Source of the DNA: Podarcis erhardii
Taxonomy: Eukaryota
Assembly (NCBI GenBank): GCA_964252035.1
Contig: OZ176207.1
Direction: 5' to 3' (one strand)
DNA: 64,000 nucleotides
Made by a program: the position numbers and the translations under genes. Below, piece after piece: positions 50,030 through 61,062 of this stretch. The number at the start of each line of letters is the position of its first letter. Within the stretch, counting starts at the first letter, position 1. Below the pieces are notes generated by a model. The model saw only the letters and a program-made list of their open reading frames with translations, searched no databases and was not told where the DNA came from.

Positions 50030-50150
50030 GGGACTCCCCACCTCTCCTTCCCCTGGTGTACCCTCTAAATCTGAACTGAGGGTTCCTCAACCCTCCAGAG
50101 CAGATTTGGGGAGAATGTGTGTGTGTGTGGGGGGGAGTCCTGTTACATGA
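50030..50150. mobile_element. Degraded palindromic MITE-like remnant
   Basis: Internal inverted structure AAATCTG..GAGGGTT-CCTC-AACCCTC..CAGATTT. Confidence 0.5.
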
Positions 50151-52747
50151 GTGGACCTCTATCAGTGCACCCAGCAATTTAGTTTAATCCCAACCATGCT
50201 CTCTTAAAGTGAACCTAAACCTGTTGTTATCATTGCTCTTGAACTTCTGTGTTTCAATGGCCGAACGCGGTTGGCTATGGGGAAACCAGGTAGAGAATTT
50301 CACATGCCTTATTGCCAGTATCTTTTACTCCTGTCACAAACGTGCAAATTGCATCAACAGCATAATAGAAGTTTCCCCTCAGACTTATTCTAATCTCTAT
50401 GCTATGCTGTTATTTTAAGAGCAGAGCTTTGAATCAAATCACAAGAGCAATGAGAATACATCTCTTGCTTTCACAATATGTACACACAGGTATTATCTAT
50501 AAGTAAGGAAATCCCAGACCTCCTCTCCATCTACACTGCAAAGTACTGTGCCTGGGCCCTGCACAGAATTGTTCAAGGTGCCGTTGAATCCTGATATATT
50601 TGGCTGGCCTGGCCTCAGTAGAACATATGCTTGTCCTACTTCACCTCACTTTGTTCTGCTTGCGCAAACATGAACTTTTGCCTTGGGTCCGAACCTTCAA
50701 GTTGCTGTGGCCAGAACAATCTGGAGTATTTCCGCAATCTTAGATTGAAAATGGCTATTAGTTGGATGGTTTGCAATCACTTATGCACAGATTACAAGGT
50801 GGTTATTGCTTTGCCAAATATTACTGTGTTGCACTGAACTTTTTGTTTCCTTGAGAAATTCTTTAGATATGCATTCTAAATCCTATGGCTTGGGGTAGGT
50901 GTGAACCACATAGAACTCCATGGGTCACTTTCTGTGTTGGCCCATTCTGACTGGGCTGTCCTTACCACAAGAGCGTAAAAGAATTCTGCTGGATTGGAAC
51001 ACAGGATCATATAACCCTGCTTTTTGTTTTAAGTGGTGGTCAGCCCAATATTTCAGGGCACAAAGACAATAGTCCTCCATGTTTTTTTCCTCTTCTGCAG
51101 AATGCCACTTCTGAACTAGGAATCCCCATTTAGCTATAATGGGTAGGAAATGTGGACACATTCTTCAAGAATTTGCCCATTCCTATTTGAATGGCATGGA
51201 AGGAGCTGTCCTATTTTATAACCTTCATAGGAAAGAGAGGAAAGATGAATCAGATGTGCTTCGTTTATCCTACAGAGGATCCTATGAGTTTGGTCACAAA
51301 AGGACAATTTCCCTCAAGTGCCGCATCCGATGATGAGTTCTTCTGCTTACCCTGTCAGGAATGACTTTCAGCGAGTTTTCCTGACATGGTAAGCACAATA
51401 TCTCAACAATTCTAATCAAAGGAGATCAAAAAATGATCAGTGAGTAGCAGGGTCAAATTAAGTGACAATGGACAGACAAATAAGGCGTGGTTCAGGAAAA
51501 GCTTGGGCAAAGAAAAAGTCCAAGTATACCACATAAATCACATAAGTTACAACACTGCACTATACTAGCAATTGTTTCACTACTGCCTTTCTATATATAG
51601 GAGGTTTCCCCAGTCAACATACTAGCCTTTTTCTGACTAATGCAGATTTACAGGTTTTTTTCCCTTGATCTGCTCACAGATTACATGTAAGTAATATTTG
51701 TGAGCACCTATTATACAGTTGCCTTATAAATAATTGATTGTGAAATTAAAACCAGCAAGTGGCCCCTCATTTCAGCTTGGCAACTATAGGATCGTAAAAT
51801 AGATATGTGCTAAGAAGATAATTCATTTCAGTTGTGTGGAATGGTAAGCCATGATAAATGGCGTTTCTGTACAGAATTCCCCATCTCTGTGATAGTATTA
51901 GTTTTTACTTTAATTACTAGCTCCAGTAATGTTTCCTATCCATAACTGTCCACAAAATAGACTGTTGCTGAGCAAAGGCTATGGCCTGCTTACTCAGCTG
52001 TTGAAAGGAGGACCCACGTTCTACCATGTCTTCCGCACTTGCTCTGAACCACTGCACAGCAGAGTGTCCCTCATTTAAATATTTAAATATTAATGTTGAA
52101 ATTTGCAGGCACAAAGCTTTAATGCCACTTCAAGGAGATGTAACTTTTATCCGGGAGATTGTATCACAAAACAGAAGCCTTTTCCTGTTGAACCTTGAAG
52201 AATGACTGTGTGCAGGAGGCCACTATGCCCCCCATCTAAAAAAGTTTGGCTTGCACCTTGTTTTCCTTTTGCAGAACCACTACCAACAGCACCAAAAAAT
52301 GATACTCTGTCAGGGGTGGCTCTCTGCGAAATGGCTTAGTTGACATTAGCCGCAAATGAGCAGAGAGACACTAACTACTAATTGATTACTGTAATTATGC
52401 AGTCTTTGGCTAGTTTGTATTGGCAAACTATATATACTCCTTGCATAAATGTGAACTTGCAGAATGCACAGTAAAGGTCACTCTCATTTGCATGATAGGC
52501 TTCATTAGAATATGCTAAGGACAAGACCTAGTGTTTTATGACTTCAGGTGATGAATAGCTACCATATTATTCTGTTAGCTGAAAGCATATTTCAGTCACC
52601 TTAATTTGTGTGTGGGTATTTTTTTCCAATGCTATGAAAAATCTGTTGGGAGTTGGCAAGAGACAATGGTTTGATTTTATTGGGATGTGCATGTTAAGCT
52701 TGTTGGGGTAAAATAGTAAAATTGCTTCTCAGTCTCAGTGCTTTTCT

Positions 52748-52749
<2 letters not shown>

Positions 52750-52781
<32 letters not shown>
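52750..52781. repeat. (GT)n microsatellite
   Basis: Directly visible. Confidence 0.97.
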
Positions 52782-52782
<1 letters not shown>

Positions 52783-54599
52783 GACATTCTTCCTGGGCTG
52801 TGTTTATTATCCAACAAGCACTATAGGCTATTTATTACACAGAATTATTTTATTTTAGTCCACCATCTCCATCTTAAGACACTGAATATATGTACGTTAA
52901 AGTAGCTGCCGTTGTTGTTGTTCAATATTTTAATGTCCCAACTTAAGTAGGTAGGTAGGCTACAGCTTATTAATGCTTAAAGTCATTGAACAACACAGTC
53001 TTATACTAACAATTTAGTTCCGTTGTATAAATCAGTAGGTCGACACAAAGGTTTAGGATCATGGTGATAAACATCAAAATAATGCATTTTGTAAGTGATA
53101 ATGACTGTCCCTTATCTTTACTTGTATGTATTCCAGCTTGATTAGCAGAATTTTGATTCCCAGTGGTCCAGTGATGTAAGTTAAGCAGAGGGAAATTGAC
53201 CAAAGGTTATCCAGTAAGCTTCATAGCTGAATGGATATTTGAACCTGGATTCTCTCAAACAAACTCAGCATTTAAAGCAACAATGTTGTTGAAAGACTAG
53301 AGGAAAATATTGGAACTGCCGAATTTGTTACAGTTTTTGTTTTTGTTTTAAATTGAATGAGACAAATCAGTTGAGATATGTGCAAGACTACACATTCAGC
53401 TGTACCACGCATTATTAAATATGCATACTTACAAATAAGTCCTATCTGTTAAAATGATTTGTGTTGGTTGTTGAAATTGGTAGAATAAGTTAGTTTTGCT
53501 ACATAGTACCTTTTCTTCGCTACTCATTGCAGAGCAGAAACTTCCCTTAATTCAGTCTCCAGTCAAACAATGATTGTTACTATTGACTGTCTTTATCCTG
53601 CATGTTTCATTAGGAACTTTGGCACAGGAACGGGAAGAAGAGAAGCTCTGGCTCACAGAGCCATATTTATAGTGCGAACCAGCTCCTAATTAGCAATGAC
53701 TGCAACTTATTGGGACAGAGAGTTAACATCTTTTGATAGGTTGCTTTTTAGAGCTTCCATAACTGCTCCAGCTACTAAAATGTGTAGAGGAGAAAATGAA
53801 GAAGCGGACACTTTTGTTATAAATTGCAGTTTTGTAATAAAATTGTACAATGAGCTTGCACAAGCTTTTTAAAATATCATTGCTGCCATGGAACAGGTCT
53901 GTAATTTATTTATTCAGGAACGTTGGAGGCATTTTTGATTTATTTGTTTTTAGAGAAGTTTTGTTAAGCAAGATAATGAGCAGAGGTGGTGTTAATCATT
54001 TGCTAGGCAACTCTGAAAAAAATGAAAATTTTGCATATCTTTAGCACTGCTGGGGAAAATAAATCCACTCATAATGCTGATGGTCTATTGGTATAATTTT
54101 TTAAAAATATTATCTCTTACTCTGGAGAAATTCAATACATTCATATGTTATGCTAAAAGCTAAACTAATCAATATATAATTACATATCCATATGTACATA
54201 TGTATTGGGTAATCATAAGTATTTGTTATCTGTAAAGATGAAATATGAATTTGTTGGTGGTCACTGCCATAGGTGATTATATATTTGTTTATGGATAACC
54301 CTTCAGGTGAGTGTTCTTCATTATATGCGTTTTATTGCTATTCTGGACTTTCTAAGGGACAGAAAATGCTTGCTGTGCCTGAAGAAGGGCACGTGCTGGT
54401 GGTGTCAAAAGATACACCCCTCCATGTCAATAGAGGTAAAGGCTGCAGAAGATTTAGCTGCTCATTCTTTATTTAGCTTGGTGTCTTTGCGTAAACAGGC
54501 CAGAAGTGTATTTTGCAAGGTTTGGGTTGTTAAGTATTTATTTACTTGCACAATTTAAATCCTGCTTTTTGTCCAAGGAACTGAAGCTGGTATACATAG

Positions 54600-54750
54600 T
54601 TTTCTCCATCTTTTCCTCACAAGAGACCCATGAGCCGTTTAAACTGAGAGATGATGATTGGTGGCCAAGGTCACCCAGTGAGCTTTATGGCTAAACAGGA
54701 ATTTGAAACAGCATCGCCCAAGTCCTAGTCTGACACTCTAAGTTATCGCC
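54600..54750 (-). mobile_element. tRNA/CORE-type SINE remnant
   Basis: GCCAAGGTCACCCAGTGAGCTTTATGGCT...GGAATTTGAAAC...GTCCTAGTCTGACACTCTAA is the reversed head and core of squamate CORE-SINEs. Confidence 0.7.
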
Positions 54751-56157
54751 ATTCCTGTAGTTCTATAGGTTAATTCAAACACAATAGGGTTGGTGTTTGG
54801 TTTGTTTGTTTTGTTTTTTCATCTTGGGAGAATGGCTTGGGAAGAATACATGGGGAAATTATTTGAGAGAGAGAAAGGAGCAGTTAGAAATGCAGCCTTC
54901 TCAAACTGGTTCTGTCTTTCCATTCTGATGTCATTTTTGTGGTCTGGACAAGACTATCCATATTCCATAGGGCAGAGACTCCAGAGGTGCTTAGATCTCT
55001 ACACCACATGGGCAGCAGGTTTAGTCTCTAAGGCACCTGGACATTACAACTACACGATGGGGACTGAGTGATAAGCCAGTGGAAGTATGGAGACAAAATA
55101 AATAGAAACGCTCTTCTGCTGTAACAAACCATAAGTACAAGGTTCTCAATTGAAGCTTTGTCCGCTGAGTACCATTATGCAAAATGAATGGCGTGTGCCC
55201 TGATCTGATGGTCATACAAACCCAGCTTCAAAGGAGTGACAAGATGGGAACAGTGTCTGAGACAGCACAAGAAACTGTTTCCTCATTTTTTAAAAGCTTG
55301 TGCCATGTATTTGATCTACTTCTGCTACCCTGACAAGAATACATAAAAGAATACAGTACACAAAGTGAATGAATTCTTGTGTCTCCTTCTGCATTCTGAT
55401 TGCCTCACTTTGATTACCTTTGATTACCTTCTCATCAGGGCTTTGACCTTGTGCCATCAAGTCAATGGGTGTTTTACTAGTGACTTCTGTAAATCTGAGC
55501 TGAGTCTCTGAACTGGTAGATACTTCACTTTCATCGTCATCAGTCTTAGCTTATGCCAAATGTGTAAGGCAGTTTGACAGCTATCACTGTAAATGCCCAC
55601 GGACACCACTGATGAGCCAAATGCTGGATTAGAAAAATGAGTTGTGATTAAATCTTGCTGTGTCAGTCATGCACGGTCCAGTAACTGATGCTGCTCTTTT
55701 AATGTCGGTGCTGAGTAGTTTCGTGGCGATGGCAGGCAATGAGTGCAACGAAAAAGTATGCCAAACTTCTTCTTTTTGAGAAAATATTGAAGGCATGTAG
55801 GGTGTTGGGTTTTTTAAAGTGTGAATGGTGTTTTTGATAACTGAGGCTACAATTCCATTCATATTTTATTTTGAAATGAATCCTTTTGAAATCAATGCAA
55901 CTTATTGCCAAATAAAGATGATTAAAATTGATTGCATATCTTGCTATAATGATTTGCAGTCTAAAGGAATGCTTTGCAATGTGTCCCTGATCAGAGTTGT
56001 GGATATACAGGAGTTAGGTAAAGGAGGGTTTGTTTGTTTGTTTTAATGCTGTATTGGTTCACCCTAACCCAGTTTTTTGTAAAAAAAAATCTGGGAAGGT
56101 GTGGGCGTTCATGTTCCCGGTGTTCTTTAGCTTCCTTTCCAGGCTATAGTCCCAGAG

Positions 56158-56620
56158 CATGTGTAGGCAAACTATGGCGCGGGGCCAGATCCGGCCCAAT
56201 CGCCTTCTAAATCTGGCCTGCGGACAGTCCAGGAATCAGTGTGTTTTTACATGAATAGAGTGTGTCCTTTTATTTAAAATGCATTTCTGGGTTATTTGTG
56301 GGGCTTCCTGGTGTTTTTACATGAGTAGAATGTGTCCTTTTATTTAAAATGCATCTCTGGGTTATTTGTGGGGCCTGCCTGGTGTTTTTACATGAGTAGA
56401 ATGTGCTCTTTTATTTAAAATGCATCTCTGGGTTATTTGTGGGGCCTGCCTGGTGTTTTTACATGAGTAGAATGTGTGCTTTTATTTAAAATGCATCTCT
56501 GGGTTATTTGTGGGGCATAGGAATTTGTTCATTATTATTTTTCCAAAATATAGTCTGGCCCCCCACAAGGTCTGAGGGACAGTGGACCGGCCCCCTGCTG
56601 AAAAAGTTTGCTGACCCCTG
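56158..56620 (-). mobile_element. hAT-derived MITE, copy 2, with expanded internal minisatellite
   Basis: Ends CATGTGTAGGCAAACT / AGTTTGCTGACCCCTG. Reverse-complement homolog of 42470-42721. Confidence 0.9.
56241..56515. repeat. Tandem repeat, 4 x 70-71 bp
   Basis: Units start at 56241, 56311, 56382 and 56453 (GTGTTTTTACATGAGTAGAATGTG...GGGTTATTTGTGGGGC). Confidence 0.95.
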
Positions 56621-56939
56621 TTCCCGGGGCAACCAGCAGTTTTACCCAAGTGCTGTTTCTGGTGTGGGTATAAGTAATGAATGCACTGCAGCTTCTGCTT
56701 TCTTTAACTTTACCAGGACAATTCTTACAAAATAAAATCTTGCCTTCATTTGTCTGAATTCTGAAGCAAACTAATTTTTATGGAATCTTACAAGATGTTT
56801 TGAAACAGATCTTCCTCCTCATTCTATTCCATAAAGTGGTTTTGTGCTCTATGTCCATTTGTTCTTCTTTCTGTTTTAAATTTGGGGTGGGTGGTAGGAT
56901 CTGTTGTGCTTTTTTTTTTCCAGCTTGGGAAAGAGAGTA

Positions 56940-57185
56940 CAGTGGTGCCTCTGGTTAAGTACTTAATTCGTTCCAGAGGTCCGTACTTAACCTGAAACTG
57001 TTCTTAACCTGAAGCACCACTTTAGCTAATGGGGCCTCCTGCTGCCGCCGCGCCGCCAGAGCACGATTTCTGTTCTCATCCTGCCTGAAGCAAAGTTCTT
57101 AACCTGAAGCACTGTTTCTGGGTTAGCGGAGTCTGTAACCTGAAGCGTATGTAACCTGAAGCGTATGTAACCCGAGGTACCACTG
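56940..57185. mobile_element. Tigger/pogo-like (Tc1/mariner) MITE
   Basis: TIRs CAGTGGTGCCTC / GAGGTACCACTG with TA TSD. Internal repeats of TAACCTGAAG. Confidence 0.92.
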
Positions 57186-59253
57186 TACTGTATAGAGAAC
57201 GTAACTTAGTGCTCTCAACTCATTTGTTTTACAGGATGATTTGTGCCCTTCTGACCGTAATGGAGAGAACTGGCTTAGTGTTAGTGGAAAGTTGTTAAAG
57301 AATGGGTTTGCGGGCGGAGTGCGAGGGAGGAATGGGTGTGTGAGACAGTGAGAATGTTTAATTTTGTGAATGTTCTGCTATTACGAGTGTGAAAATATGT
57401 CAGGGTAATACATATCTGGAGGACAGAAGATGGAAATAAACAGAATTCCAGGCATGTGCCCAACTGAATGGCAAGAAATGGTATGCAGACACTATGCCAC
57501 TCACAGATTTAGCACTGTGCGTTTCTTGCTCATTAAATCCAAGAGAGAATATTTCTTGTAGTGAAGTAGAAAGGAAGGCTGGGTGGGTACATTTTCTCAC
57601 CCCAGCGCAGATAGGCAGGCCATGACATTCTTGTGAAGAATTTGCAGTCGTGAGGGAACTTAGCTTTTCAGAACTTTTAATAAGGGGAACAAATTAACCC
57701 TTTTGTGGTTGCTACCAGATACACGTTGGAAACATCCTTTTCTGTATTGCCTAGGTAAATTCCTCATCCTCTCAGTGGTGTTCTTGGAAGCATATGGCCG
57801 GTTCAATGGAAAGCACGCAAAAGAAGGAAAACTGCCATGTGTTATCTTTAGTAAGAAGCATCCATTATTTACTTAGAAGTTAATTTTTGAAAAGCAGCTT
57901 TACTTTAAAATAGGAAAACTCTGAGCACAGGGAATTTCCAGCTACCTAAGCCAATGAGCTCTAGACTTTGTTTCCTCAGCAACTGAGCTATGTCCTGAGG
58001 GTAAAAGTGGAAACAGTTTTTGAAAACAAATTTGTCCTTTCTCTGGGTGTCTAAATGAGTATTTTTTGTTTTTATCTTGGGTGGAGGAAAATATAGTGGT
58101 AGCTTCAGTTTCTTTTTTCCGTGTGGCCTTATTTATTTGGAAGCACACTTTTCATTCTCTAAAATCTTAATGATTTAGTTTTGTCTCTTTATCTTTGAAT
58201 TTATAAGTTTGAAGACCTCCACAAGCCAGGTCCTTTCAGAGCAGGAGAAGTACCTTTGGATGTTCAAATTTTGGAAGGTTTGTGAATAAACTAACTGAAA
58301 TAGGAGAAAGGAAGCCATGGGGTTGACAAAAGAGATAATTATAGATTCAACACATTGCAGACCCCGCTGCTTTTTCAGGGAAATTCAGAGAAATGAAGAT
58401 TCAAGTTTTAGATGTGCTCCCTCCTTCCTTTCTTATGCTATCGATTTAGTTACATATAGAGTTTGAAGTTTGGCAAACATATATAAGGGATCTTGCAAAG
58501 CATTTTAGCTGTGTTACAACTTAGTGAAGATGGTTATGCTCATCTCATATTTTCCTGAGCCTTAAGTTTACGTGCAAATTAATAAAAGCTGGAAATTCTA
58601 ACAAGCCTATTTAAACACGTTCCTTGAAATATAATATGCATTTTTAGCATGGGTGGTGGTAAATTCCTAATGAGTTGTCAGTATTTTTAAGATCTGTGAA
58701 GTTTTCTAATTGGTATTCATGCAGGTAGCTGCAGTGGCAATAACTCCCACATTCTGAAATGTTGTGAAAGAAAGTTTACACTTCTCCTGACTTGACCAGG
58801 AATATTTTTTCTTTTTCAGTGAATACTGTGACATTCTCAATGCGGTGCGCAGTATACCGAAACCATTTTTGTTTACTCACATATTATATGATGTGTGCAT
58901 TATACATCTACATGGGATGAGTACTTAGAAAATTGGGGAAATAGTCCTTACATTGAGTTTATTTATTCTTTTATCCTAGTCTGTGAAGTAAATATTTTTG
59001 GATATACTTGGAGGAAACTAAGCTAAATTTTGCAATAGAATTGAAGCTTTAGAAGCTAGAATATGCCTATAAGAATAACTGTCATCGCAATTGGCATTAA
59101 AAAGTCCAGCCCTAGAGGAATGTGCAATGGTAAATTTATTATTATAGGAATTTTTGACACAACTGTAATATGATACATTGAAAGGGGCATAGAACAATCA
59201 GCAGCAGCTTAATTAAACCCATATCACAGATGTGCACTTTCTTATCATCACTA

Positions 59254-59496
59254 CACCAGTGTGGTGTACTGGTTAAGAGCGGTGGACTCGTAATCTGGTG
59301 AACTAGTTTTGCGACTCCGCTCCTCCACATGCAGACCTTGAGCTAGTCACACTTCTCTGAAGTCTCTCAGCCCCACTCACCTCACAGAGTGTTTGTTGTG
59401 GGTGAGGAAGGGAAAGGAGAATGTTAGCTGCTTTGAGACTCCTTTGGGTAGTGATAAAGTGGGATATAAAATCCAAACTCCTCTTCTTCTTCTTCT
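59254..59496 (+). mobile_element. tRNA-derived lacertid-type SINE with L2-like tail
   Basis: A box GGTGTACTGGTTAAGAGC, CORE-like GACCTTGAGCTAGTCACAC...CTCACAGAGTGTTTGTTGTGGG, tail GCTTTGAGACTCC...GGGATATAAAATCC followed by (CTT)n. Confidence 0.85.
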
Positions 59497-59789
59497 CTGG
59501 CTCTCAGATTACAACACAGGATTTCAAGATTTAGTTTACACTAGTGAAGTAGCTTGACCAATTAAGGCAGATAATATTGTATCATCCAAAGTAGGTTGAT
59601 TATAACATTTGACACATATACTTTATAACTCTCTGTTATTTGGGCTTTTAGACCTAGGTGGATCAGTTGCAGAGATGTATCTTGTTACCACCTGGCCTTG
59701 GTGCAGCCTTTGGTACCTGCTTAGCACCTAAGAAGCCTCATTTGAAAGTCTGCCACCTTCTCCCATAATTTCGTAGTAAGACTGTTACC

Positions 59790-59960
59790 AGATGCAGATT
59801 TCATGACTTCAGCGCCAGCCAATCATTTCTTTATTTCTTTCCTCTGCCTCTCCCTCTCCCCCTACCTTTCTTTGTTCACTATCTACCCTAATGAAGAGCT
59901 CTAGAGATAGTGAAACCTTATTTTGTGGTATTTTGGTTGGATTAATAGTATTGCCCTAAT
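59790..59960 (+). mobile_element. Probable Penelope-like element terminus, degraded
   Basis: CTAATGAAGAGCTCTAGAGATAGTGAAA followed by TTTTGTGGTATTTTGGTTGG...TATTGCC resembles reptile Penelope-type termini as I recall them. Confidence 0.5.
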
Positions 59961-60457
59961 ATGGATCTAGGAACCTTCAGTATAGCTAATTGCACAACTT
60001 CCATTGTGCAAGTATAGCTTTTAGTATAGCTACTGATACATTTCATTTGTAATGGCAGAGACTACAGTACAGAGGCATCGCCTGGAGATCACCACAAAGG
60101 AAATGGAGTGCAAACTTTGTCTGTCTGGCAGCCCTCAAACCCTGAGCATGAAGTCTCATCTCAACTGGGGTGGCCTGCCTCAGTGAACTTCAGAAGTTGT
60201 ACTTGCGTGAAAGAGTTCTCCTTCAGCAAAGTCACGACTGCATTCCCCCAGGATTCTCTAGAGGGAGTGATAATAGGTCTCAGACTCTTGCTACTGGTTC
60301 CTAGACATAGTACGATGTTGTGGAGCAGCTCTCTCACACAAATAGAGCAGATCAATTACAGCCATTGGGGAGTTTGGTGGTAGTGGGGGAACCAAACATA
60401 AAAGAAGACAGCTGTGCAAGTAGATTTCATTCCTAAACCTTTTCCGGGAAAGACTTT

Positions 60458-60488
60458 AGAGAGAGAGAGAGAGAGGGAGAGAGAGAGA
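60458..60488. repeat. (GA)n microsatellite
   Basis: Directly visible. Confidence 0.95.
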
Positions 60489-60802
60489 AATGGGTGTTTC
60501 TTTATAAACAAGTTTTCTGTTGTAGCATACCCAATCAGTTTTTATTAATAAATATTCAATTTGTATTTTTGTTTTCTTCTTCCCCCTCCTCTTCCCCTCT
60601 ACTCATCACCTGCTGCCTCTACATCCAGCAATCTGGGCTTCCCATTGGGCATAGGTGTGTTGCTTGACAATTTTCTTTCTTGCTTTCTTCCTTTTATTAT
60701 TTTTATCTACTTACATTTAGCCATGTTTTAGAGATGGTGCAGGTTGAAGCCAGATGCAGGCGCAGTTTTGTGAAAATACACCTGGTGTCTGATATATATA
60801 TA

Positions 60803-61062
60803 CCGTATTTTTTGCTCTATAAGACTCACTTTTTCCCTCCTAAAAAGTAAGGGGAAATGTGTGTGCGTCTTATGGAGCGAATGCAGGCTGCACAGCTATC
60901 CCAGAAGCCAAAACAGCAAGAGGGATTGCTGCTTTCGCTGCACAGTGATCCATCTAGTTGTTCTGGCTTCTGAAATTCCGAATAATTTTTTTTCTTGTTT
61001 TCCTCCTCCAAAAACTAGGTGCGTCTTATAGTCTGGTGCGTCTTATAGAGCGAAAAATACGA
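60803..61062. mobile_element. Tc1/mariner-type MITE, copy 2
   Basis: Same TIRs and body as 16153-16411. Flanked by (TA)n on both sides. Confidence 0.92.

Noticed and set aside
51330-51384. Box C (ATGATGA) and CTGA suggesting a C/D snoRNA
   Set aside because: Too short, no terminal stem, and the region is better explained by the long hairpin.
55520-55560. Minus-strand CTGATGA-CGAT-GAAA, minimal hammerhead-like
   Set aside because: No stem II closing pair, and stems I and III cannot form.
55553-55605. AKCVRQFDSYHCKCP resembles part of an EGF domain
   Set aside because: The upstream and downstream cysteines and the glycine pattern are missing. A stop codon follows, and no splice sites bound it.
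56241-56515. Regular repeat array as a possible CRISPR
   Set aside because: Units are contiguous with no unique spacers, lie inside a eukaryotic MITE, and no cas genes are present.
59254-59330. tRNA-like sequence (also 40148-40238 and the Sauria SINE heads)
   Set aside because: These are SINE heads continuous with SINE bodies, and no intact cloverleaf forms.
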